A DNA stretch of 36,620 bases from IMG/VR virus record IMGVR_UViG_3300022833_000028, positions 1 to 36,620 of that record, one strand, 5' to 3'. Both the position numbers and the translations under genes were made by a program. Below the pieces are notes generated by a model, which was not told where the DNA came from, did not search any database, and was given only the letters and a program-made list of their open reading frames with translations. The DNA comes from a virus. Taxonomy: Duplodnaviria; Caudoviricetes. The first letter of the stretch is position 1. Each line of letters begins with the position of its first letter. Shown in pieces: positions 25,719 through 34,666 of this stretch.

Positions 25719-26231
25719 ATGGCTGCATTTGAAAGCGCGGGCGAAACAGATGAATGGTATACGCCTAAATTCATCTTTGACGGGTTGGGTGTCCGGTTTG
25801 ATATGGACGTGGCCTGCCCGCCGGGCGGCCCCCGGCACACGCCAACGGATCGTTGGTATTCGTTTGGATCGCTGGAATATCCGTGGCGTGGGTTCGTCTG
25901 GATGAATCCGCCCTTTGGGCACCAATCCACCAAGCGGGCTTGGTTGTCAAAATTTCTGGCGCATGGCGACGGGATCGCGCTGTTGCCAGATCGCACCTCG
26001 GCCCCTTGGTGGCAGGAGTTTGCAGCGCGCGCCGATGTGGTCTTGTTTACTGATGGCAAAATCAAATTTGAGCGGCCGGATGGTTCACTTGGTGGATCGC
26101 CCGGCACCGGCACAACGCTATTTGCGGCCGGTGCCCGCGCGGCCGAGGTATTGCGGGCGGCCACGGTGCTAGGGTCTTGTTTCGGGTCGATTTCCGTCTG
26201 TGATCGCGTCGCGTTTCCCCCGGCGGTTTAA
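25719..26231 (+). CDS. Phage DNA N6-adenine methyltransferase (T1/HP1 Dam-like family)
   Basis: DEWYTP, FD.DVA, W.G.VWMNPPFG, LLP.RT...WWQ motifs. Confidence 0.85.
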   Translation: MAAFESAGETDEWYTPKFIFDGLGVRFDMDVACPPGGPRHTPTDRWYSFGSLEYPWRGFVWMNPPFGHQSTKRAWLSKFLAHGDGIALLPDRTSAPWWQEFAARADVVLFTDGKIKFERPDGSLGGSPGTGTTLFAAGARAAEVLRAATVLGSCFGSISVCDRVAFPPAV

Positions 26232-26270
26232 TCGTCCTGGCTTAATCTGCGCGCCCCCGATCAAGAGGGC

Positions 26271-26432
26271 GCGCGGCGCTTGCCGAGGCGGCCCCGGCGG
26301 GCCGCTTTGCCGCCCGACTAGGGCGGCTCTACAAATCCCCCCTTAGATCCACGCGGCCCGGCCAATATGGTGCGCGGCGCTGCCGAGGCGGCCCCATTGG
26401 GCCGCTCTTGCCGCCCGACTAGGGCGGCTCTA
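26271..26432. repeat. Tandem direct repeat of an approximately 61-bp double-hairpin unit (period 101 bp)
   Basis: 26271-26331 and 26372-26432; each has GCGGCCC-N4-GGGCCGC and GCCGCCC-GACTA-GGGCGGC. Confidence 0.85.
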
Positions 26433-26503
26433 TGCCCTTTCCCTTATCCGCGCACGCGGCCCTGCCTTTCTGCGCGCCTCTCTCGCCTTTGCGCACCCTT
26501 CCA

Positions 26504-26826
26504 CCCCGCACCCCCCTTATGAAAAGTTCCGCTAGTCCCGCTAAGCGGTCAACGGATAGTGTTAATCCCTAAGTGATTTCGCATAGATTGCAGGGGGTTA
26601 CGGGCTGAAAATCGGGCTTAGGGATTAAAGGGACTAGAGTTGGGGTTCTTCTGTATTACGCAAAGGGGTGCGGGGGGCGGCGTTGTGATTTGTTATATGT
26701 AAGGCGTGAATATTAGTCCCGTTGATCCCATTACTGTGATCTTGCGTTTACTTTCAATAAGTTAGCTCTTTATTTCTAATCCCTGACTAATCCCTTATTA
26801 ATCCCTAGTTAATTATTAATCCCTAA
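26504..26826. other. Putative replication origin with TARTCCC iterons
   Basis: AT-rich; TAATCCCT at 26563, 26777, 26788, 26799, 26817; inverted copies at 26620 and 26629; TAGTCCC variants; CCCCGCACCCC/GGGGTGCGGGG inverted pair (26504/26665); downstream of primase-helicase. Confidence 0.7.
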
Positions 26827-26830
26827 AGGT

Positions 26831-26877
26831 TATCAACATATAGTGGCTGATAGTGTTTGATCATCAACATATAGGGA
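26831..26877. promoter_or_regulatory. Tandem NrdR-box-like sites
   Basis: TATCAACATATAGTGG (26831-26846) and CATCAACATATAGGGA (26862-26877), 15-bp spacer; core CAACATATAG fits CwAyATATwG. Confidence 0.65.
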
Positions 26878-26884
26878 TTTGGCA

Positions 26885-27637
26885 ATGGCTGAGCATAACG
26901 TGCAAACTTCTGTGGACCGGGGGCGGGCTGGCCTTTACCTCGCAACCCGCAATGCGGCGATCATCACGCGCATGGGGGCCAAGCGCCAAGGCATTGGGGC
27001 CGGGTCTGGTGAGCGTGCCCCCTTGGGCATGGCGGCGCGCCCCGTGGCGCTGCACCGCCTGACTGAGCGGACCGATAGCGGGGCCACCCTGCCCAAGACG
27101 GCACCGGGCACGCAAACAGCGATTAGGAACAGCGCGCGCGCCTTGGCGGTGCTGGCGTCTGATGATCCGCGCCGCATCGCTGCCGATCTTGTCGCGGGGT
27201 CTTATGAGCAAATAGGGGCGGCTGGCGGTGGTCGTGGTGGTGGGGGCGACACTAGCGGCGGTGTCAGTGATGGCGGCGTCACCACCCGGATTAAGCATGT
27301 TGAGCGGATCCGTTTGATTGAGGCCTTGGCGAACGGATGGGCCGTGGATCCGGTGCACGGCCGGGTCAAGCGCGGGCCTGAGCGGGTGGCCCTAACAGTG
27401 CAGCGCAAGCGCCCCGGCCGCCTTGATATTAAGGCGTTTCGCATGTTGATCCTGTTGTGCGTTGAGGGCCGCGATATGGCGCAGATCTTAACCGCGCACG
27501 GATGGAATGTGCACTCCAAACATAGCCGCGTCTTGATCGCTGCGGCGTGGCAGATCTTGGACGATATTGCCGAGGCCTTGGGCTTTGGCCGCTCGGATGC
27601 GCCACGCGGGCCTTGCAATGTTCGGTCGGTCGTTTAG
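26885..27637 (+). CDS. Putative late-gene transcription regulator (DUF6456 / GafA C-terminal-like)
   Basis: Q-like position before HNH-terminase; Gly-rich linker then L...CVEG......L...GW......VL......LD.IA..LG. Confidence 0.5.
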   Translation: MAEHNVQTSVDRGRAGLYLATRNAAIITRMGAKRQGIGAGSGERAPLGMAARPVALHRLTERTDSGATLPKTAPGTQTAIRNSARALAVLASDDPRRIAADLVAGSYEQIGAAGGGRGGGGDTSGGVSDGGVTTRIKHVERIRLIEALANGWAVDPVHGRVKRGPERVALTVQRKRPGRLDIKAFRMLILLCVEGRDMAQILTAHGWNVHSKHSRVLIAAAWQILDDIAEALGFGRSDAPRGPCNVRSVV

Positions 27638-27650
27638 CAGTCCTTTTCAG

Positions 27651-27708
27651 CGGTGCAGATCTGCGCCCGGCGGGGCAACCTCCCCCCCCCGGCCACCGGT
27701 GCAGATCT
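27651..27708. repeat. Direct repeat CGGTGCAGATCT in the putative late promoter region
   Basis: Copies at 27651-27662 and 27697-27708 in the intergenic region before HNH. Confidence 0.6.
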
Positions 27709-27746
27709 TGCCCGCCAATCCCTTTCCTTGATCTGGCGGTGACGCA

Positions 27747-28124
27747 ATGGCCCGGCTTTCGCGCTTGCCAACCCTGATCAATGCCGCGCCGCGTGCGGTG
27801 GGTTACTCCACCCCGGCCGCCGCTGAGCGTGCCCGCGACAAGGCCCGGTGGCAGGCGAATAGCCTGCGCGCCCTCTACTCGCAAAAACGGTGGCGCGCCT
27901 TGCGCCTTGTGATCCTTGATCGGGATTTGTGGACGTGCCTGCAAACTGGCGTGCTTCTAACCGGCAAGGCCCCGGCCCCGCATAGCGCGGTAGTTGACCA
28001 CATCGTGCCGCATCGCGGATCGCTGGCCCTGTTTTGGGATCCGGCCAACCTTCAATCGGTGTCGAAAGAATACCACGACACCGAAAAACAACGGATTGAG
28101 GCCGCCACGCGCGCCCGGATCTGA
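27747..28124 (+). CDS. HNH endonuclease (packaging-associated)
   Basis: Y...RW..LR..IL.RD..TC; VVDHIVPHRG...LFWD..NLQ.....H; upstream of terS. Confidence 0.9.
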   Translation: MARLSRLPTLINAAPRAVGYSTPAAAERARDKARWQANSLRALYSQKRWRALRLVILDRDLWTCLQTGVLLTGKAPAPHSAVVDHIVPHRGSLALFWDPANLQSVSKEYHDTEKQRIEAATRARI

Positions 28125-28207
28125 CGGCGGCGGGGGGTGGGTCGGATCCCTCAAACCGCCGCGCCGTCCTACCCGCCTCTACTCTAACGCGGAGGTTTTT
28201 TATTCCC
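28125..28207. other. Probable cos region
   Basis: Short GC-rich spacer (G run to T run) between HNH and terS, the usual cos location in HK97-like phages; exact cut site not determinable. Confidence 0.4.
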
Positions 28208-28708
28208 ATGACTGATGAAATTCCGGCCGAGGCCGTGCACTTAGACCTTTTGGGCGATCCGGTGGAAGCGGCTTATGCCCACATCGGCGCGCCGCAATTT
28301 GAAATTACTAAGGCAAATCAGGACCTTGTGACGGTTTTAAGCGCGGCCGGGTGGGTGCAAAATCGCATCGCGCGCCATATCGGGTGCGATCCCAAGACGT
28401 TGCGCAAACATTTTTCCCGCGAATTGGACCGGGCCACCGATATGATCGAGGCGGCGGCGCTGACCACGATTGCGGGGCGGATGGCCGAGGGCAACGTGTC
28501 GGCCGCAAACAGAATGCTTTTGTTAGTGGCCAAGGGGCACGCGGCGGTGCCGCACCGCCCGGCCGCTAAGCTGTCGTTATCGGAACAGATGGCGGCCGCT
28601 ATTGCCGAGGCCGAGGCGCTAAGCGCGGCCAAGCCTTTGGGCAAAAAGGCGGCCACGCAAGAGGCGGCCAGCAATCCGGGATCGGCTTGGGGCAGGATTT
28701 TAAACTAA
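28208..28708 (+). CDS. terS: Terminase small subunit
   Basis: IA..IG.D.KTLRKHF.REL HTH; GNVSA; LGKK...A motifs; precedes terL. Confidence 0.8.
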   Translation: MTDEIPAEAVHLDLLGDPVEAAYAHIGAPQFEITKANQDLVTVLSAAGWVQNRIARHIGCDPKTLRKHFSRELDRATDMIEAAALTTIAGRMAEGNVSAANRMLLLVAKGHAAVPHRPAAKLSLSEQMAAAIAEAEALSAAKPLGKKAATQEAASNPGSAWGRILN

Positions 28709-30423
28709 TGGCCTATGATTTTGCGTGCCCCGATTGGGTCGCGCGGCTGGAACGTGGCGCGCCGCCAATGGCAGATCTGCCGTTGGACCGGATCGCGGCG
28801 GATCGGGCCGTGGGGATCTTTAACAATTTGCGCCTGCCCGATGTGGCGGGCTTTCCGCTGATGGCGGACGCCTGCGGCGATTGGTTTCGTGATCTGGTAT
28901 CTGCGGCCTTTGGGTCTGCGGATCCGGTGACGGCTGAGCGCGCAGTGGGTGAAATCTTTTGTCTAGTGCCCAAGAAAAACAGCAAGACCACCAACGCGGC
29001 GGGCCTCGGCCTGACGGCCTTACTGGAAAACAAAACGCCAAACGCGCAAATGTTGATCATCGGCCCGACAAAAGACATTGCGGAAAATTGCTTTAATCAA
29101 GCGGTTGGGATGATCAACGCGGATCCGGTGGATCCCGACACCGGGCGGCAATATCTGGTCGACCGGTTTCATGTTGTCGACAATGATTTGACGATCACGG
29201 ACCGGATCACCGGCGCGGAATTGGCGGTGAAAACATTCAGCAAAAACGTGATCACCGGCGCGATCCCAATCCTAACGATCATTGAGGAATTGCACGTTCT
29301 GGGCACCAACCCCAACGCGGCCAAGGTGCTGGCGCAGATCCGGGGCGGCATGATCACGCGGCCCGATTGCCTGTTGCTGTTTATCACAACGCAATCGGAT
29401 GAACCGCCCGCCGGGGTGTTTCGGGCCGAGTTGATCTATGCCCGCCGGGTGCGGGATGGCGAAATCAAGGGCGGCAATATGTTGCCTTGCCTCTATGAAT
29501 TTCCCGAGGCCATGCAACTGGACAAGGCCAAGCCATACTTGGATCCAAAAGTGTGGCGGATGGTGCTGCCCAATCTCGGCCGATCGATCACCTTGCCCCG
29601 CCTTGCGCGGCTTTATCAAAAGGCCGTGGATACAAGCCCGGATGATGAAATCATTTGGGCCTCGCAACACCTCAATATCCAAGTGGGCATGGGCAAACAT
29701 GCCGAGGGCTGGATTGGCGCGGATTATTGGATGCAATCGGCCCGGCCGCTGTCGCTGGATGAAATCTTGGAAACCTCGGACGTGGTGACAATCGGGGTCG
29801 ACGGGGGCGGCCTAGATGATCTTTTTGGGGTTGGGGTGATCGGACGGCACCGCGAAACGCGGGCCTATCAAGCGTGGGGCCGCGCGTGGGTGCACCCGGT
29901 GGCGCTGGACCGGCGCAAGGATATCAACACGCGGCTGCAGGACTTTGTGGCCGATGGTGATTTGGTGATCTGTGACAACCCAACGGCGGACGTTGATGAA
30001 ATCGCGGCGCTGTGCAAGCGCATTTCGGATCTTGGTTTGCTGCCCGAAAAACACGGGATCGGCTTGGATCCTTATGGCGTGGTGTCTTTGATTGACGCCT
30101 TGTCCGAGGTGCACATTGAAGGCGAAGTTTTGACGGCCGTGGGGCAGGGCACGCGCCTTTCCCCAAGCGTCTGGGGTGCTGAGCGTAAATTGTCGGACGG
30201 CACGATGATCCACGCGGATCAACCGTTGATGAATTGGTGCGTCGGCAACGCCAAAAGTGAGCAACGCGGCAACGCGGTCCTGATCACCAAGGCGGCCTCG
30301 GGCAAGGCCAAGATTGATCCGCTGATCGGTATCTTTAACGCGTTTCACTTGATGGCGCGCAATCCCGAGGCGGCGGGCGGATCCGCATCGCCTTGGGATG
30401 ATCCTAACTTTTCCATGACATAG
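28708..30423 (+). CDS. terL: Terminase large subunit
   Basis: VPKKNSKTT Walker A; IIEELH Walker B; ITTQS coupling motif; GVDGGGLDDL and KIDP nuclease motifs. Confidence 0.95.
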   Translation: MAYDFACPDWVARLERGAPPMADLPLDRIAADRAVGIFNNLRLPDVAGFPLMADACGDWFRDLVSAAFGSADPVTAERAVGEIFCLVPKKNSKTTNAAGLGLTALLENKTPNAQMLIIGPTKDIAENCFNQAVGMINADPVDPDTGRQYLVDRFHVVDNDLTITDRITGAELAVKTFSKNVITGAIPILTIIEELHVLGTNPNAAKVLAQIRGGMITRPDCLLLFITTQSDEPPAGVFRAELIYARRVRDGEIKGGNMLPCLYEFPEAMQLDKAKPYLDPKVWRMVLPNLGRSITLPRLARLYQKAVDTSPDDEIIWASQHLNIQVGMGKHAEGWIGADYWMQSARPLSLDEILETSDVVTIGVDGGGLDDLFGVGVIGRHRETRAYQAWGRAWVHPVALDRRKDINTRLQDFVADGDLVICDNPTADVDEIAALCKRISDLGLLPEKHGIGLDPYGVVSLIDALSEVHIEGEVLTAVGQGTRLSPSVWGAERKLSDGTMIHADQPLMNWCVGNAKSEQRGNAVLITKAASGKAKIDPLIGIFNAFHLMARNPEAAGGSASPWDDPNFSMT

Positions 30424-30437
30424 CAAAGGGGGGCTGG

Positions 30438-31709
30438 ATGGCCTTTAGCATATTTAAACGCGGGGGCGCGGCCCCGGCGCAAGCGGCCGTGGCCAACCCG
30501 CAAGAGGCGGCCGAGGCGCGCAGCAAAACGCCAGAAAGTATTAGCCAAGGCGATCCGGGCTTTGCGCGGTTTTTCGATATGGCGGCCGGGGCCGATGAGC
30601 CGGTGACAATTGAGGCGGCCCTTGGCGTGCCTGCCGTTTGGTCTGCGGTCAATTTTCTATCCCGCACCTTGGCCGCGATCCCGATTAAACTCTATCAAAA
30701 GGGCGCAGATGGCCGCGAAACCGTCGATGGGGATCCGGTTGGATCGCTTTTGAACCACGCGGCCAATGACGAAACCACGGCCTTTGCGTTTCGCCGGGGT
30801 CTTTGGCAAGACGTGTTTACCTCGGGCCGGTCCGTGTCGTTTATCGAATTGGACAAGGCGGGCCGCCCGATCAACCTTTGGCCGCTTGATACTGAAAATG
30901 TTTTAGTCGTGCGCAAGAATGGCCGCACGTTTTACAACTACCGCGACGGATCCCGCACGGTGACTTATGCCGCATCTGAGGTTTTGGATCTGTGCTTTAT
31001 GCCGGGGGCCTCGCGCCTGTCGGCTAGATCGCCGGTTTACAGTCACGCGGACACGATCAACCTTGCCCTATCAATCACGCGCTACGGCGCGCGGTTTTTC
31101 AAAAATGGCGGCGTGCCGTCCTTTGTGATCACCGGGCCGTTCACCACGGCGGGCGGGGCCACCCGCGCGGCCAAGGAATTGCAAGAGGCCGTCAAAAACA
31201 TGGCGGCCGAGGGGCGCAACGGGGTCGCCTTGCCCGAGGGGCACACGATCACGGCCTTGGGGCTGGATCCCGAAAAAATGCAAATGGTGGATGCGCAGCG
31301 ATTTTTGATTGAACAGATTGCCCGCATTTACAATATGCCGCCCGCGTTTTTGCAGGATCTAACGCACGGCACCTTTTCCAACGTGGAACAGCAAGACTTG
31401 CAATTGGTCAAGCATGTGATCGCGCCTTGGGTCGCGTATTTTGAGGCCGAGGTAAATTTTAAACTTTACGGGCGGCGGGATCGCAGCCGGTATCTTGAAA
31501 ATATCTTGGACGGCTTGATGCGCGGCGATCTGGTAAGCCGGTCCACCGCCCTAAGCAACATGATCAACACCGGGCAATTGACGCCCAATGAGGCGCGGGC
31601 ATTAAACAACCGCGCCAACCTGCCGGGCGGTGAAGGCCTCTTGGTGCAAGGCGCGATGGTGCGCGCCGATGGATTGGAAGCAGTGGGGAAAGTTGATGGA
31701 CAAGAATAA
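30438..31709 (+). CDS. Portal protein, HK97 family
   Basis: AL.VPAV.SAV..LS...A; FF.NGG.P; IARIY..PP; FSN.EQQ; TPNEAR. Confidence 0.95.
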   Translation: MAFSIFKRGGAAPAQAAVANPQEAAEARSKTPESISQGDPGFARFFDMAAGADEPVTIEAALGVPAVWSAVNFLSRTLAAIPIKLYQKGADGRETVDGDPVGSLLNHAANDETTAFAFRRGLWQDVFTSGRSVSFIELDKAGRPINLWPLDTENVLVVRKNGRTFYNYRDGSRTVTYAASEVLDLCFMPGASRLSARSPVYSHADTINLALSITRYGARFFKNGGVPSFVITGPFTTAGGATRAAKELQEAVKNMAAEGRNGVALPEGHTITALGLDPEKMQMVDAQRFLIEQIARIYNMPPAFLQDLTHGTFSNVEQQDLQLVKHVIAPWVAYFEAEVNFKLYGRRDRSRYLENILDGLMRGDLVSRSTALSNMINTGQLTPNEARALNNRANLPGGEGLLVQGAMVRADGLEAVGKVDGQE

Positions 31710-32277
31710 CGAAATCCGCGCGGCGGTGCCTTTCGAGGTGCGCGCCGCCGGTGATCCGGCGGTGGTGCGTGTCGAGGGCTACGCGGCGGTGTTTGGCGAT
31801 TGGGCCGATATCGGCGGGATGTTTTCGGAAAGCATCGCGCCGGGGGCCTTTGATGGCCGCCTCAAGGATGATGTGCGGTTTTTGATCAATCACGGCGGCT
31901 TGCCTTTGGCCCGCGTGGCGTCTGGCACGCTGGATCTGTCGGTGGATGCGCGCGGCCTCAAGGTCGCGGCGGATCTGGACGCGTCGGATCCTGACGTGGC
32001 GCGGATCGTCGGCAAAATGAAGCGCGGCGATCTGAACGAAATGTCGTTTGCGTTTCGTTCTGATGTTGATGAATGGGACGATAGTGGCCCGATCCCCAAG
32101 CGGACGATCAAGCGGATCAAGTCCCTGCACGATGTGTCAATCGTGACCGAGGGCGCTTACGACACCACGGAAATCGGCCTGCGCAGCCTAACCGGCGCGC
32201 GCGCTGAAAACCCCCAAGATTTGACAGGCGGCACCGCGCGCCGCCTGCGGATGCGGCTGCGGTTGCAAGAGGGCTAA
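31696..32277 (+). CDS. Prohead protease, HK97 family
   Basis: GYAAVF; E.IAPGAF; L.NH; MSFAF; DVSIV...AY. Confidence 0.93.
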   Translation: MDKNNEIRAAVPFEVRAAGDPAVVRVEGYAAVFGDWADIGGMFSESIAPGAFDGRLKDDVRFLINHGGLPLARVASGTLDLSVDARGLKVAADLDASDPDVARIVGKMKRGDLNEMSFAFRSDVDEWDDSGPIPKRTIKRIKSLHDVSIVTEGAYDTTEIGLRSLTGARAENPQDLTGGTARRLRMRLRLQEG

Positions 32278-32344
32278 GGCCCTGCGCAACGGGGCTGCGC
32301 AAGTCGCACCCTATTTTCCCCAAAAAACCCGAAAGGTTTATTAC

Positions 32345-33610
32345 ATGACTGTTAAAGAATTGCGCGAAAAGCGCGCCCGCCTGATCACGCAAGCCCGCGC
32401 CAAGCATGACGAAATCAAGGGCGACACCACGGACGCCCGCCAAGCTGAAATCGCAACCGAATTTGATGCGATCATCACCGAAGCGGACGGCCTTGAAGCC
32501 CGCGCCGTGTCGCTGGAACGTCTGGAAAGCGCCGAAAACAGCCTGACACTTGGCGACACGCGCGCCCCGCGCGGCGATGAAGGCGAACAGCGCGGCGTGA
32601 TCGTGCCCGAGGCCGTCGCGTATCGCTCGGCCTTTTTCGAGTTGATGAAAGCGGGCGGCGATGTGCACGCGGTATCCAATGAGGTCCGGGCCGCTCTGGC
32701 CGAGGGCAACAAGGAAACCCGCGCGCAAACCGCTGGCACCGATGCCGAGGGCGGCCACATTGTGCCCGCTGAAATGATGGCGCAAATCGTCATTGCGATG
32801 GCGGCATGGGGTCCGATGTATTCGGCCGGGTTCGGCACCGATATCCAAACCGCTGGCGGTGGTTCGCTGCCAATTCCGGGCGTGGATAACACCGCTTTCC
32901 GCGCGGCAAAGCAGGCCATTGAAGGTGCCGCTCTGGCGGACACTGGCGCGCAAGATCGCGTGTTCACCAAAAAGACATTGGAGGATTATCTCTATCCAAC
33001 CGATTGGCTGCGCCTGTCGCTGCAACTGTTGACCGGCGGCATGGGCAACATGGAAAGCCTGTTTGGCGGGATGCTGGGCGAACAGCTCGGCCGCACCGCA
33101 AACGATGTGCTGACAATCGGATCCGGTGTGTCTGAGCCGCAAGGCATTGTCACCGGCGCGGGCGTTGGTTTCACACCGGCGGGTGTCGCGTCGATCACAT
33201 CGGATGATCTGATGGAGTTGGTTCACAAGATTGATCCGGCTTATCGCGCATCGCCCAAGTTTGGCATGATGTTCAACGACACCACCTTGCTGGCGCTGCA
33301 CAAGCTGAAAGACGGCCAAGGCAACTATCTGCTGGGCAAAGATCCAACCCAAGCGGGCACGCTGCAAATCGGCGCGGTGACGGCAAAATACACCGTCAAC
33401 CAAGCGATGCCGGATATGGCGGCCTCGGCCCGCTCTATCGTCGTCGGTGATATGGGCAAATACTTTGTGCGCAAAATCGGGTCCGTTGTGATCGGCACCG
33501 ATAAAAGCGCGCAGTTCTGGCCGGGCATGGGCATGGCCGGGTTTACCCGCCTTGATGGCGTCGTGGCGGACACGCGCGCAATCAAGGCGCTTGTGCACCC
33601 TGCGGCCTAA
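32345..33610 (+). CDS. Major capsid protein, HK97 fold with N-terminal scaffold
   Basis: Coiled-coil N-terminus; GG..VP; G.G..EP.GI; LKD.QG.YL; GD..KY; R.DG. Confidence 0.95.
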   Translation: MTVKELREKRARLITQARAKHDEIKGDTTDARQAEIATEFDAIITEADGLEARAVSLERLESAENSLTLGDTRAPRGDEGEQRGVIVPEAVAYRSAFFELMKAGGDVHAVSNEVRAALAEGNKETRAQTAGTDAEGGHIVPAEMMAQIVIAMAAWGPMYSAGFGTDIQTAGGGSLPIPGVDNTAFRAAKQAIEGAALADTGAQDRVFTKKTLEDYLYPTDWLRLSLQLLTGGMGNMESLFGGMLGEQLGRTANDVLTIGSGVSEPQGIVTGAGVGFTPAGVASITSDDLMELVHKIDPAYRASPKFGMMFNDTTLLALHKLKDGQGNYLLGKDPTQAGTLQIGAVTAKYTVNQAMPDMAASARSIVVGDMGKYFVRKIGSVVIGTDKSAQFWPGMGMAGFTRLDGVVADTRAIKALVHPAA

Positions 33611-33683
33611 TTTGAGGCCATAGGGCCGCCCTTGCCCCTGCGCGGCCCCTGAGCGGGCCGCGTTGCGGGGTGTGGCGGCGAAT

Positions 33684-33730
33684 GCGGCGCGGCTGGCATG
33701 GCCGCGCCGCCTGATCTGACATTTTATTTT
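33684..33730 (+). terminator. Hairpin after capsid gene
   Basis: GCGGCGCGGC-N7-GCCGCGCCGC with T-rich sequence downstream; a second long hairpin lies at about 33625-33679. Confidence 0.45.
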
Positions 33731-33744
33731 GAAGGGGGTGCGCA

Positions 33745-34056
33745 ATGGGTGCAGCCAAATTGATGTTTTCTGCGGTGCTTCTGGCCTCGCGCGCCGGTGC
33801 GGCTGGCGGGTCGCGCGGTGATCCGGGCAGTTTCGGCATTGCCGAGGCGCAACGCCTTGAGGCCGCCGGGCAAATCCGGGTGGATGATCCGGGCGATCTG
33901 GCCGAAATCCGCGCCTATGTGCCGGTGATCGAAACCGCCACCCCGGATCCGATTGATCTTGAAGCGGCCGAGGCGCAGGCCGTCGCGGCAAAGATGGCCA
34001 AGGCGGCAAACGCCAAGGCGGCCAAGGCTGCCAAGGATCCGAAAGGGGCGCTCTAA
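33745..34056 (+). CDS. Hypothetical protein (post-capsid)
   Basis: AAGGGG RBS; EA.RL..AG motif; Ala/Lys tail. Confidence 0.6.
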   Translation: MGAAKLMFSAVLLASRAGAAGGSRGDPGSFGIAEAQRLEAAGQIRVDDPGDLAEIRAYVPVIETATPDPIDLEAAEAQAVAAKMAKAANAKAAKAAKDPKGAL

Positions 34057-34057
34057 T

Positions 34058-34666
34058 ATGTGGGGCCGCGTGAAAGTGAGTGTGCCGCCCGCCGCGCTGC
34101 CCCTAACGGCGGCGGGCCTGCGGATCCGGTTGCGGGTGATGGTGACGGGGGATGATACGGACGATGCGGCCGATGAAGCGTTGCTAGAGGATATGTGCGC
34201 GGCGGCCGTGGCCGAGGTGGACGGGCCTGACGGGATCGGCGTGGCGATGATGCGGCAAACGTGGGCGCTGTCGCTGGATGGCTTTGCCCCGGTGATCGGC
34301 TTGCCCGGCGCGCCTGTCGCGGCCGTGGTGTCGGTGCGCTATCTGGATCCGGCCGGGGTCTGGCAAGATCTGGACGCGGCCCGCTACCGGGTCGCGCTCG
34401 GCTCGGATCCGGCCCGGTTGGTGCCGATCGGTCTGGGCTGGCCTGCGGTGCTGCACGGCCCCGATGTTGTCGAAATCCTTTACGCCTTGGGGGCCGATGA
34501 TGCCGCCTTGGTGGATCAAGGGCTTGTCACGGCCGTGGCTATGCTGGCCGGGCATTATTGGGAAAACCGGGAGGCGGTTGTGGTGGGCGGCGGGGCTGCG
34601 GTTGAGGTGCCCTTGGGCGTTCAACGCGCGCTTAATCGCCACCGGCGCGGCCGGGTGGCAGGGTGA
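34058..34666 (+). CDS. Head-tail connector protein
   Basis: M.QTW.L.LD.F; V.SVRY.D..G; ML.GHYWENRE. Confidence 0.88.
   Translation: MWGRVKVSVPPAALPLTAAGLRIRLRVMVTGDDTDDAADEALLEDMCAAAVAEVDGPDGIGVAMMRQTWALSLDGFAPVIGLPGAPVAAVVSVRYLDPAGVWQDLDAARYRVALGSDPARLVPIGLGWPAVLHGPDVVEILYALGADDAALVDQGLVTAVAMLAGHYWENREAVVVGGGAAVEVPLGVQRALNRHRRGRVAG

Noticed and set aside
26271-26466. Mini CRISPR array
   Set aside because: Only two units of about 60 bp or more, the intervening sequences are themselves partly similar, and there are no cas genes
29272-29295. Terminase Walker B reads IIEELH rather than DE
   Set aside because: Conservative acidic substitution with all other motifs intact; no evidence of inactivation
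32297-32312. GCGCAAGTCGCACC upstream of the capsid gene as a fourth promoter-motif copy
   Set aside because: Requires a gap and mismatches and lacks the downstream CTAWGC box at the conserved spacing
32117-34009. 630-aa reverse-strand ORF
   Set aside because: Antisense shadow of the protease and capsid genes in GC-rich DNA; no motifs, Arg/Pro-rich composition
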